Source: Sphyrna mokarran (taxonomy: Eukaryota). Taken from it: a stretch of 64,000 bases of DNA. Below, piece by piece: positions 46,671-58,854 of this stretch (its first letter is position 1; each line of letters starts with the position of its first letter). The DNA lies in contig JAGIQG010000011.1 in assembly GCA_024679065.1 (NCBI GenBank), forward strand, positions 46,872,001 to 46,936,000. Direction: 5' to 3'. The translations under genes were made by a program, and so were the position numbers. The notes under the pieces are model-generated. The model was not told the origin of the DNA and did not search any database. It worked only from the letters and a program-made list of their open reading frames with translations.

Positions 46671-47365
46671 AGGACCACGGGATAAGTCGAGGAGCGTGTA
46701 AGGTGTGAGAGGCCATTAGTGGGTGAAGGCGCGTGGGTTGGCATGAGTTGTCATGGATGGTGCGTGGAGTATGGGTAAGGTGTGAGGGCCAGAGGGCCTT
46801 AAATTTAACAACAAAACAGTCCCAGAAAATCCAGACCCTGCGATCTTTTAATCAGCTCACTTCGTCACTAGGCAGCCAATGAGACCAACGCTGATCAGCA
46901 TCCAAGGTTGGTAGGCATGAGTCAAATGTACCCAATCCCAATCCCAACCCTACCCCTTACGTGCCCAGTGAAGATCCTCCTGCCTGGGCAGGTGAGGTAA
47001 GCTAGAGCATTTCCCAATTCTCTGCACTGCTTTTGGAGCAAAAATCCAAGCTATGTTGAAATTCTAAATACATGTATTTTTAAACATTATGGTTAATCAA
47101 TTTGAAGTTATGTATCAGGCAAGATGCCATGTCTGATTTTGATTTTAATATATCACGTATTTGCTCCTAAATTTTGTTTTTTTTTTCAATTTTTTTACTC
47201 TGGCTTGTTTAAAAAAAAATGTTTTATGGTTATAGTCCACTGGAGTTTGAAGCAGAAATTGTTTTGTATCGTTGATATAATTAGTATACAATGACTTTCA
47301 GCATCTTCTTTAAAGTAGTAGGAAGATTCATTGCATTTGTTCTTTTTTTGTTATTCTATTTGTAG

Positions 47366-47437
47366 TTCTCATTTATGAGCCTAAAAATCCAGAGGCCCAA
47401 CAGTTCAAGATGCTTCTGGATATGAAAGTACAGTTTG
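47366..47437 (+). CDS. ERICH2: ERICH2 coding exon (72 bp): ILIYEPKNPEAQQFKMLLDMKVQF
   Basis: Acceptor ttctatttgtag and donor G|gtaagc; ILIYEPxNPEA motif; phase 1-1. Confidence 0.9.
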
Positions 47438-48324
47438 GTAAGCAGGCATTTTTTTACCTTGTTGGTTTGATTTGAATCTCTTACAAGAAGTACTGCAGTG
47501 TGTGAAAATAATATAAAAATATATATTTTGTTTCTTTTGATACTGATTTTTCATCTGTAATTCTAATTTTTTGCTTTGTATTAAGTGGCTTGAAAAGAAA
47601 GTAATTTACATTTTTATGAAAAAATGTTACTCCATTAAGTTTCTGCATATTTTAATTATTTTTCAGAAATTGAGGCATTACATTTTACAGTGCAGAATTC
47701 ATAATTGGCTACTGAATTTAAAAACACATTTTTTTCAACTATGAATATCACTCCATTCTTGGCTTCCTGCTTATTTGAAAATATTCTTCAAAAGATAATC
47801 AAATTTAAAAATGGCATTTCATGATGCTAAATTGGATGTTTTAGAAAGGGTAAATGTTGACAAGAAACTGCATATTATTTCCAGAAAAGCAGAATTAAAT
47901 TCCTACAGTGGCTCAGCATAAGATTACTAGAGTAATATTTGGAAAATATTCTGCTCTTAAAAATGGGATAGAGTCTGAACCACTTGTTGGGTGAGATAAT
48001 CTCCTGCAATACAGACTCTAGAGACTGTGTCTTTCCTCCTGCATTCCATCTGATAGCTTGCAAAAAAAATCCACATTGTCCTTTTTGCTTGACCACATCT
48101 TTAAGAGTCCTAACTTCCTGGCTCCACAACACCACATTTGGCACTGGGGAAATTCTTCCTGGAAGTTCACTGGGAAGGGTTTATGTGGTAGTTGTCCAGA
48201 AGCACCAGGTTCCCCTGGACAATTGCTCTAGAACCGTCTGACAAAGAATTTAAATTGCTAACTTTAGATGGTTCTGCCAGTATTGAGGTAATAGTTATTC
48301 TAACAAAACCACTTCTGGCTCCAG

Positions 48325-48512
48325 CATCAAATGCCAGAAAATCTCAGCAGGTCTGATGGCATCTGTAGGGAGAAAATAGAGCCAACATTTCGAATCTAGA
48401 TGATCTTTTGTCAAAGCCTGATGTAAGGTTATCTAGACCCAAAACATTGGCTCTATTCTCCAGCATTTTCTGTTTTTGTTTCACATTCAAACATCCACAG
48501 TATTTTGCTTTT
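48325..48512. mobile_element. Head-to-head pair of Penelope pLTR tails (H2-related) with decayed hammerhead cores
   Basis: gagaaaatagagccaacatttcgaatctagatgatcttttgtca (48370-48413) is inverted against tgatgtaaggttatctagacccaaaacattggctctattctc (48419-48460). Confidence 0.65.
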
Positions 48513-49324
48513 ATCAAACTTCAGCATAAATATTTTAAACACACAAACCATCCCCACACCATCCCTGCCCACTCCTCACCCCACAATGGACTCAACACCC
48601 CTTCCACCTCCTCACTAGTGCAGACTCACCCCCAACCTTGACCTGACCACTTGATCTGAACCAGCTGATATTTCCTTTACCTCCATTCTCAATTCAACGT
48701 GACACCCTGACATGACCCGACTGGACTCCTCCAACCCAAACTAACCTGAACACCCCATCGATCTAAACCAGCTGGACCACCCACCCTCAGTTTCTGAAAC
48801 ACCACCCAATATCCCACTGCCCCACAACCCAAAATCGCATCCACATATCTGAACTATCTCCCTGATCCGTTATGTTCAATGAGGTCTTTAAAATCACCTA
48901 TTTTGCAACAGCAAGTCCCTTCTTTTTAAAAAAAAGAATTTATTTCACTTCTTTTAAACTCTGACTCTGGGCACGGAAACTCTCTGCACTGCCTGGATCT
49001 CATTTGGTCTAAGTCAGGAAGGTCAGACAAGATGAGCACTGAAGAAATTTAGGACAGATAAGTGGGTACAAAGTGTTAATCCAATGGTGATTGCCACACG
49101 AAGGAAGGTATGGTCCAAAGTCTGTTCATAGTCAGTCCAGCTACTCCTGTCTATTTTCAGGTGGAAATATTTTACAGCTTGCTCCCAGTAAGCCCCAGGG
49201 CTCCAATCTCCATGGTGCCCTAATCTCTCAGACTTGTGGGCGGGCAGAACTCTGAGCAGAACACGATTCTCTTCATTAATCAATTTTAATTTGAATTGAA
49301 AGACTATTTAAAACTATCTTCTTA

Positions 49325-50525
49325 AACCTCACATTTGTCAAGTTATTTAGCACAATGGAACATGGATGTGGTTATTGAGAACAATCATCTTAGCCTCAGG
49401 TCATTGCTGTACAAGTTCTTCAGTGTCTTAGGCCTGACTATCATCAAATACTTCATGAATAGTCAGAAGTGTGGATGTTGGCTAATGATTGGACAGTGTT
49501 TCATTCCATTTTTAACTCCTCAGATACTGAAACAGTCTGTTCTACATGTAGCAGGACCTCAACAACATTCAGGCTTGGATTGATAAATTGTAAGTAATAA
49601 TCATGCCACACAGATGCCAGACATTGATCATTTCCGAGAGTCAGTCTAACTACCTCCACTTGACATTCAGTGGTATTACCATCATCAGATCCCCTACCAT
49701 CAACATCCTGGGGGTCACTATTGACCAATAACCTAACTGGAGTAGCCACATAAATACTGTGACTATAAGAACAGACCAGAGGCTATGAATTCTGCAGGGA
49801 GTGACCTCACGTCCTGACCCCACAGAGCCTTTCCACCATCTGCAAGGAACAATTTGTAGCGTAATGAAATACATTCCACTTGCCAAGTTGAGCGCAGCTG
49901 CAACAATCAGGAAGCTTGACATCATCCAGGAAATTGCAGCCACTTAATCGGCACTACATCCACCAAGTTAAATATTCACTCCTTCCATCACAAACATAGG
50001 GTGACAGCAGCTTGTACTAGATACAAGTTGCACTGCAGCAACTCGCCAAGTCACATTCAACACCTTCCAAATGCGCAACCTCGCTCACTTGCCTGTTTGA
50101 GTGCTGCTTCAACAAAAGTCATGAAACTCCATATTATCCAGGACAAAGCAGCCCATTTGATTGGCACTCCATTCGCCGTGTTAAACATTCACTTCGCCTA
50201 TCACAATGCATGGTGTGTACCATCTACAAAGTGCATTGCAGCAACTCACTAAAGCTTCTTACAAAGTCAGGACCTCCTTTGGCTAGAAGTATAAGGACAG
50301 TAGATGAATGAGAATGTTACCATTTCCAAGTTCCCCAGTCAAATCCATCCTGATTTGGAAATATATTGCCGTTTCTTCTTCACTGGGTCAAACTTCTAAA
50401 ATTGCTGCCTGAGAGCATTGTGGGTATACTGATACCACCCGGATTGCAGCAGTTTAAAAACCCAGCTCACTAGCCCTTTCTTGAGAGCATTTAGGGATGG
50501 TAACAAATGCATGAACAATGAAAAA
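49325..50525 (+). mobile_element. CR1/L2-type LINE (family B) RT to 3' end, with an internal ~170-bp repeat
   Basis: Homologous to 30790-31795. The segment at about 49880-50070 recurs at about 50090-50260. Confidence 0.75.
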
Positions 50526-51839
50526 CAATCTGCATTCCAGTTTCAAAGCTAGCCTGATATTGACAACAATGTAACATGAAATAGGGTTACTTGGTCAAAT
50601 TAGTTGAAATGTTTACTTCCTAAGAGTTATATGATTAGTGCCAATTTTCAATGGACAGGTTTTGTGATCTTGCATTCCCAATGGAGTTGTATCCCTGCAT
50701 CATAGATGCACAGTCTACAATTTTCTTCCATTAAAATTTATGGATGGGAAAATCACAGGCTGTTCAGCTGAAATGCACTCCCTGGGGATGCTACATTCTG
50801 TTCAAGCTGGTGAATTGGCCCTTATCGTTATTTGGTAAAGTCAGTCAATTGGACACAAATAGATCTGCGTTGTGTAGATTGCTCACATTCTGAAGATGGT
50901 ACTAATACTTAAATTCTGATTTTGTGAGATTAGAACTTGAGTGGAACATAAAACAGGTGGTTGATCAAATCCTATCAGTTTACAGCTGGGCTAGTTAGGT
51001 TAAAAATACCTGCTCTTGTGTTTTTTTTCTCTCTACCTCTTTCCTTCTCCTGCTTTCTAGCTTAGTTACCCTGTGCCCGAGTAGATGCCAGGTGATCTCC
51101 TTCCTGTTCCTAAGATCTCCTATTATTTCCCGTACCCCCCCCCCCCCCCCCATTCAAGATTCTTATTTCTTTTTTCAGTCTCTGTTTCTCTCCTATCACC
51201 GGTTTCATATACCGAAGTGATCTTGATTTGCTCTTCATTGAAGCCCACACTGCTTCAATGTAAATGAAGTTTGAGGCCCAATATTGGGAGCATCCCTCGT
51301 GTCTCAGGTGTAGGGATCATAGCCTGCATCCCTTGCATATCTAAAAATGAACAAAACAAAATTACTGGGTTTTTTTTAATCATGAGAATGTAAGCTTATC
51401 AAGGACCAAAGTGAGAAATGGAATCAGAGAGTTAGCAGTGCCACCTAGTGTAGAAGAGTTGAAAGCTAAGCACAGCAAAAAATATAGTTGTGGTGATATC
51501 ACCCGTTAAAAGTTATATAATTTGGCATAAAAAACAAAAAAAAGCAACAAACTCTCAGCAGGCCAGGTCATCAGTGGGGAAATAGAGACTAATCAGTCAA
51601 AGTTTTAGGTTTAATGACCAGAAGCACTAAAGATGATCAGCATTGAAAAAGATGCAGAAGAGGGTAGGATTGTAATGAAAAGCATGCACACACACATTGC
51701 TGAATTTTACTGGCCTCTGGAAGGTAGGCTAGGAGGCAGTAAAGCTGTGGGAATTCAAGTCAGGTTAACTCCATGATGTGGTCTCACCATCAGGTCGTTT
51801 TACCAACAGTAGGACAGGAAATCATTTAGGCAGCTTCCA

Positions 51840-51977
51840 GTAAAAGCAAAATACTGCAGATGCTGGTAATCTAAAATAAAAGTAAAAAAATGTTGGAAAA
51901 TCCCAGAGGTCTGACAGCATCTGTGGAGGGAAAAAAAAGTTAGTATTTCGAGTCCAATATGACTTTTCTTCAGAACC
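51840..51977 (-). mobile_element. Penelope pLTR tail (family H2) with hammerhead core
   Basis: Minus strand reads ggtt-CTGAAGA-aaagtcatattggactc-GAAA-tac-t-aact, then ...cacagatgctgtcagacc...ccagcatctgcagtattttgctttt as at 12540-12620. Confidence 0.7.
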
Positions 51978-52984
51978 ATAATTAAAGGCCCAATTAGGGG
52001 CCATTTTAAGAGGGGAAATGACTGTAACCTTCAAGCATGCGGTACTCTGGTGTGGTGTGGGATTAAAGAAGGCCTCATTGGCCTGCTGTCCTGACCTGCC
52101 ATCAGGAAATTGTCTCTATGGAGCTGCCAGGCCTGGCACTCAGTGAGATTATGTTCCACCACAAGCAAGATTCTTGAGGAGCTCTCTCCCTTCTCATTAT
52201 GGCCATAATTGATGACTACTCACCACTGCGCTTGTTAACGTTCACCTACGTGAGCAAGACCCGATACCCTAATAAGCAAGTTTGCTTCTGGACCTTCTTC
52301 CAAACACATCTCCACAGGATTGGAAAGATAATATCATATTTCCCATTGTTGCTCCGCATTCTCCCTATTTGGTGGATGACCCCTGAGGCTCAGCAACCAC
52401 ACCACCCTAAGCAATGACAGGGACTCCATATTGCTATTCCTGTCTTCCGGACCTACTCCTGCTCAAATATGATGTGCATCTCACCATGTGATAATCCAGT
52501 TATCTCTGATGCATTACCCACCAAAGTGGATGGCCCTGCTGTGGTGGAGGTTGCACATGAGTCAAGTGATAGTACATTCTCCAGAATGCTCACCTCAGAT
52601 GAGAACTCAGCATCTGAGTCCTCAGATCACAACTCTATTGTTGTCTTTGATGGATCTTTGAGAAATAAAATGCACATGAATTAGTGCTGACATGGGGAAA
52701 GGGCCAGTGCAAAACATGATATTTCAGTTTATTGTGCTATCAGTTCAGCTTGAGTGATTCTTAAGTGCCAAATTGCATCTCTAATTTTGTTATCACATCT
52801 GTGTAGACAATCTTTGGCTAAATAATATGGGGGATGGGAGCGAACAGCACACTCCTGCAGCCAGTGATGCCCATGTCCCATAAATGAATAAAAATAAATA
52901 AACTGAGTGTGAACTTGCAAGTGACGCACAAGTTTTATAAGTATATATAACAAAAAAGATTAGAGAAGACAAGTTCTTACAGTC

Positions 52985-54175
52985 TGAAACAAGCAAATTC
53001 ATAATAGAGAACAAGGAAATAACACAACAATTAACAACTATTTAGGTTCTGTCATCACAGAAGAAGGCAGAAAAAAAACTTGCCAGAAATGCTAATGAAC
53101 AAAGAAATATGAGGAAGTGAAGGAAATTAGTATTTGTCAAAAAAAAACCTGGAGAAACAAATGGGACTGAAAGCCAATAAATCCCCATGGCCTGATACTA
53201 TACATCCCAATGACCATAGAAGTAGTGGATGAATTGGTTGGCATCTTCTAAAGTTCTGCAGATTCTGAAACACTCTTAGCAGCTTATAGGGTGGCAGATG
53301 TAAATCAGCTATTTAAAAAAGGAGGCAGGGAGAAAACTGGGAATATAGACCTGGTTAACCTAACATCAGTAGTAGGGAAAATACTAGAGAAAATATTACA
53401 ATGGTTGCAATAATAGGATACTTAGAAAATATCAGTGGGATTAGACAAAGTCAAATTGGATTAATGAAGGAGAAACCATGTTTGACAAACCTATTGGCGT
53501 TTTTTTTGAGGATACAGCTAGTATAATAGATGAGGATGAAACAGTAGCTTTTCTGCCTTTGGATTTTCAGGAAACTTTTGACAGAGATTAGTGTGCAAAA
53601 TTTAAAGAGCAGGGGATTGAGGGTAATATATTGGCATGGATTGAGAATTGGTTAGCAAATAGCAAACAGAGTCAGAATAAATGAGTCTTTTTCAAAGGGA
53701 TGGCCAGTGATCAGTGTGGTCCCACAGAAATCAGTAGTTCTGCCCCAGCTATTCACAATATGCACCAAGTTTGATCTAAGTTTGCTGTATGACACAAAAC
53801 TTAGTGAGAATATGAGTGATGCAGAGAATGCTAAGAGGCTTCAAGATTATTTAGACAAATTGAGTGAGTGGGCAAATAAATGACAGGTGCAATATAGCAC
53901 AGATTAATGTGAAGGCATCCATTTCGGATGGAGAAATAGAATATTACAGTATTATTTAAATGGTAATAGATTGGGAAATGTACAAAGGGGTCTGGGTATC
54001 TCATTACATGAGTCACTGAAAGCAGCATGCAGGTACATGAAGCAGTTAGGAAAGCAAATGGTATGTTGGCTTTCATTGCAAGAGTATAGGGGAAAGGATG
54101 TTTGTCCACAGCTGTACAAGGTCTTGGGTGAGATCACACTTGGGGTGTTAGTGCAGTTTTTATCTCCTTGGGAAT
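52985..54175 (+). mobile_element. CR1 LINE ORF2 relic
   Basis: MGLKANKSPWPD.IHP, FKKGGREKTGNIDLV.LTSVVGKILE, GLMKEKPCLTNLL and QLYKVLGEITLGVLVQF. Confidence 0.85.
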
Positions 54176-55829
54176 GGGATGCTCCTGCTGTAGTTGGGTT
54201 TAAAAAAGTAGGGATAATCCACCACCTTTTGATGCAGCTTTGCTCCACAATAGATTGTATCTATTCATATTAATACTTAGCTGACATCTTAGGGTTTTTA
54301 ATAAAACAGACATGACTTCAATTGGAAACAATATTATTAAAAGGTCAGATTTAGAAGCAGTTGTATAACACAATTAACTAAATAATAAAATAACTAAATC
54401 AGAATGAATCTGGCAAATTCATTTTTGGGCATTGCCCAACCCACCCATTTTGAAGCAGTATAAGTTATTATATAAGTGTTCTCTACTAATGCATTTACTG
54501 ATGGCATCCATGTCTTCAGGTAGATATAACCTATCATCACTGACACTCTGTGAAAGCCAACAACAGCATAAAAATGTTGATAAGCGACCAATTTTTTTTC
54601 TACACTTCAGATGAAATAAATGCACCGCTTCTCTAGAACAATATAAATGATCAGTTCCTGTATGTAGAAGGACATAGTACACTGTCAAATATCAAAATTA
54701 TCACCAGCTACGTCAGGTCAGAAACCAGACAGTGCTCAGTTTATGGTAGCAGAAAAAGTCTGAAGCTGTTGGGTCTGTTGTTTGTTAGGTAAGCGATGAG
54801 TGTACTTTTTTTATTAGTGGGTAACTATGGGATAGGTAGGCAGGAATGGCTGGTCAAGGCAAGGATTTCTTTGAAATGATCTTAGTTTCATTTTGTGATT
54901 TTTTACTTAGGCTATAGAAACGAGACAATGATCTTATCCACAAGTGCAACACTGTTCTATTCAAATGTCTTTTCTTGATTTTTGTTCAGTGATTTATTCA
55001 AATATTTCTAATAGTTTTTCTTCAAGACATCTTCTTTTAACTTTACGCCATTGAGTTAACAGGTAGTACGTTCCTTTCTGCCCTACTTTTGTAAGAGCAG
55101 CATATGCATCTGAGATTTATTTCATTCGTATTAATATTATGGAGAGCAGTTAATGTTATATAGCTAGAAATTATATTATTAAGTAATGTTGGGACAACTT
55201 TCACCTATGTGTAGGTTGGAATGGAAGCAAAGCTCTGCTGATAAGTACATTACTTTAGCCACAGAAATGTTCTTTTAATCTGTAGTTTCTATAATTCAGT
55301 TATGATTTTCATTTTATCAAAATGGTGGAAGTATGTACCTAGCACAACTGACCATGTAACTTAGATTTTCTAAGTTCCACTATTCATAGTTGTTTTGCTT
55401 GCCTGCCATGTTGAGTTTTGTGTAGTCCTTCTCCCACTTTTTTAATGTCACTGTTTTTAAGTAAAGGCCAGCTGTTTATTTTTAACTCTTTTTATTGTTT
55501 TAACTATGGATTAATTATTTGTTCTTGGCTCCAGCTATGGTGTTTGTATTCATTTTTGCTGCAAGTCTCAACATTTACTATGAATATAGTCGCTTTTTTA
55601 TGTTTTAGTGTCAATGTCAAAGTTCCTACTTTTAGCCACATCCTTTCTATTTTGTATTATTTTACCAACAATGTAATTTAATGTTTCATGGTCCAAACGG
55701 CTTCCACAGTTCTTGCTTAGAACTGTGACTAAGTTTCAAAAGTACTTAACTGGCTATAAAGTGCTTTGGGACATCTGGTTATCCTAAAAATTTCTAAATC
55801 AATGAAAAACCAGGATTTTATAGCCCCAG

Positions 55830-56020
55830 CCACCTGGCAAGATATTATGGTCAGCCAAAGTTAGCAGCAATTTGGCCAATGGCTAGAGGAAACTGGTTTG
55901 CGAAACCAAGCAGGCTTGGATGGTGTTAGTAGAGGAGGTCAGCAGCTATGAAGTTTCGCTGCCATACCTTGCCGCAGTGCCAAAAGAAGGTTTATGACCT
56001 AATGTGTTCCAGAAAGGCAA
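55830..56020 (+). pseudogene. Myb/SANT-like (trihelix) DNA-binding ORF relic of a Harbinger element
   Basis: ETKQAWMVLVEEVSS ... QCQKKVYDLMCSRK, compared with the trihelix consensus AW..IA..V....R...QCRKKF.DL. Confidence 0.6.
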
Positions 56021-56879
56021 GTGCAGTGCATATATTAAGCTTAAAACTTTAACTGTGACCTAAGTTGCAATGTAGGAACTATTGCTAGCCAGTTTGCAGA
56101 CAACAAGCTCTGACAAACAGTGTTGGAATCATGATCAGATAATATATTTTAGTGATATGACTGAGGGATAAATATTGGCCGGGATAACTGGGGATGTTGA
56201 CAAATAACAAAGGTTATTTAACTAATGGTGCGTGCACTGGAGAAAGGTTGAAAGGGATGTTCCCCAGAAGTCAGTGTTGAGTCTATCTGAAAATAGAAAA
56301 AAATTGGAGGGGTAGTTGGCTTGCCTCTGTGCTTTGGCACTGTCTCCAACATTGAAAAACAAGTAATAAAACAAAAAATAACCCTTCAGCCCTTACCTTT
56401 CCCCACAAACACCCTATGCCCAATTCATGCCAACCTGTGTGCTTCTCTACTTGCCTGTTGGCCCTTTATACCCATCATTCCAACCTACTCTACCCACCCC
56501 TTGAAATTTATAGTCCCTTTGCTAATCAATACCCCTCTACTACCCCCATGGTCCCTTATAGCACCATTGCGAATGCAGTGCCAACTGATGTCAATCCATG
56601 CCCCCTACACTTTTTGTTTACAGCTACCATGCCAACTCACTCAGTATTCATCATGGACAGACCTCAGAACCCATGTTGAGATTAAATAAAATAAAAAATT
56701 TTAAGTGTCTATCAGAAATTTTATTTATTTTAAGTACTCTCATTCACAAAAAGCAGCGTTACAAAAACAAATCTTTCATTCATAGTTACTCAAATTGTGC
56801 CATGTCAGATTTTGTATTTTTCTGTATAACTACCCTTATGATTCCTCATAGGCATAAATCACCATCTCTTTAATGGGCA

Positions 56880-57400
56880 GCCCTAATCGCTCAGTATTCA
56901 TCCTTGAGGATGCATATGGAGACTGAAAATGTCTGATACCTGGGACCACTTTACAATGAAAACATTCTGATATTTTCTAGAGAATCTTGTGTTGATCTGA
57001 AAGATTTATTTGAGATGGCTGCACACTATTGTACAGCAATTATTAACCTTTCCTGTTGATGAAATGTGCTGCCCGGTTTGTGAAAACTTAATGGCCATTT
57101 GTGTGCAGTTGATGATACCTTGTTCCTAGGGGAATCCAGCAATGGCCCCAAATCTTACAGGTCTGCCATCTTCACTGTTCAAATTGGCACAAAATTGGCC
57201 TCTTAATTATGGCATTAGTCACCACTTCAATACAGTTATGCTTTGCAGCTGTCACAGATGACTGAAATGGATCAGAGATGTAGGAATTTTATACCATAAT
57301 AGCCTTTGATGCAACAGGTATTGGGTGCCTGTACCTTCTCATTGGATTTAGCTCATCCTTCATTGTGGAAAAATGTATTCCAGAAAGTTCCCAATGTACT
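56880..57400 (-). pseudogene. Harbinger (HARBI1-like) transposase relic, convergent with the Myb ORF
   Basis: Minus strand: FGAIAGFP*EQGIINCTQMA (compare AGFPxVxGxIDCTH), FINRKG, and P.PVASKAIM. Confidence 0.7.
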
Positions 57401-57889
57401 TCAGAGATCCTCTTTACCACTCCAGCAGCAGTGGCCAGGAAATGGCGAATAACTTTTGAAAACAATATAAACTTCATGTTTGCTCATAAACAGCTGGTCA
57501 CTGTTAGTTAGTTGAAGTGCTAGCAACAAAAATACCGTGCAGCATCTTTACGATTGCTACATGACATTTAAAATGGAAATCAGCTGTTTAACAAATCTCT
57601 GGGAAGTCTTTCTCAGCTTTGGCCTCAACGACTTTCTCAAAATGTTGACTTTCATAAATGTTGAGAGAAACCACCATTTGAGCTTATGATCCTCTCTAGC
57701 CAACTCTTTTTTTTGTGGCAAAATATTCAAAAATCATCCCTTATGTTTCTGGTTTCTTTTGCCTGTTCTTTCTTATTGGTGCGTTGTGATGCTGTCTGTT
57801 TTCCTCCCAGCTTTATAAATATACTCAAAAAGTGAGTTTACAATAAATGTACATTTGACTAATTATCTGAATTAACAATTTACTTTTAG

Positions 57890-58050
57890 ATGAAGCTGCA
57901 TCAACTCATCAAAATGATGAAGAAGACAGTACTGAGAGTGACAGTAGTGATGAAGATGACAGCGAGGATAGCAACAATGAAGACAGTGATAAAAATGAAA
58001 GCTCAGATGAGACATCTGATGATTCATCTGGAAGTGAAGAAAGTACATAA
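57890..58050 (+). CDS. ERICH2: ERICH2 last coding exon: DEAASTHQNDEEDSTESDSSDEDDSEDSNNEDSDKNESSDETSDDSSGSEEST*
   Basis: Acceptor tacttttag at 57881-57889; phase 1 continuation; D/E/S-rich C-terminus; TAA stop at 58048-58050. Confidence 0.87.
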
Positions 58051-58848
58051 TGTTAATTTCCATAAGTATGTCGCGGTACTATTCTCACTTAAAGTAGCAA
58101 ATTTCACAACCAATTTCCTCTTTTAATTTCAGTTACAATAACTCATGTTAAAAAGTAATTATTTCACGTGGATTATGAGAGAATATATAACATTGAACAG
58201 CAAACAAGGATTTGTTACATTTCAACTCTTTTATCATTCTGTCTTGTTAAATATCAAGGCTTTTTACCTTTATATTTTATTCGATTATGTTTACTCTATC
58301 AACTCATCATGTTTAAGATTTTATTCTAATGTACTGTAATTCAAGTATTGCTTCCATCCTAGGCACCCTTACATGTATTATTTGCAGAAATGTAACCAGA
58401 ATTAAAATGAATGCAAGTATACTATGCAAGTTATGTCCACTTCACCAACTACATTAGCTTTCTACAATTAAATATTTTCTCACAATATGCCTTTTTTGGG
58501 GAAGACTATTTGCAACACAGGATGAATCATATTTTGGGTTGTATGATGGTATGTGTAATTTTCTTTCCAATTATCCTCCCTATGTGCAAAACAACAAAAT
58601 ATTCAAAATCCAGTGGAGGCTCAGCAACATTTTGTATCAACAAAAGCAGTTGACAAGATTTTTGTAAAGTTTACAATATACAAACAAAGAATGCTTCATA
58701 ATTTTCCATGATTCATCATAACATTGAATCAAATCTAACCTCCATTACTTATGCAATGCCTCTAATTTGTTAAAAGACATGTCAACGAGGTTATCCTAAT
58801 ATCCATTTCTAAAATGTTCCACAATCTTTAAGTGTAATATGTCACATC

Positions 58849-58854
58849 AATAAA
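58849..58854 (+). promoter_or_regulatory. Candidate polyadenylation signal AATAAA for the ERICH2 3'UTR (alternatives: ATTAAA at 58401, AATAAA near 60185 and 60548)
   Basis: Canonical hexamer downstream of the stop codon, but in AT-rich DNA where chance hits are common. Confidence 0.25.

Larger units (their letters stand above)
3102..58050 (+). other. ERICH2: ERICH2 gene, 3' portion (5 coding exons; 5' exons lie outside the window)
   Basis: The spliced translation ...EEREAPIELMGE|FLKAIMDRDYKLSRKLCEM|ILIYEPKNPEAQQFKMLLDMKVQF|DEAAS...(acidic)* matches the ERICH2 core as I recall it (APLELMAEFL...A...Y.LA.KLCQMILIYEPENPEA..F). All junctions are GT-AG, with intron phases 1,0,1,1. Confidence 0.88.

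Noticed and set aside
57890-58126. ORF-track protein MKLHQLIKMMKK...
   Set aside because: Wrong frame. The spliced phase-1 frame gives the acidic ERICH2 tail ending at 58050.
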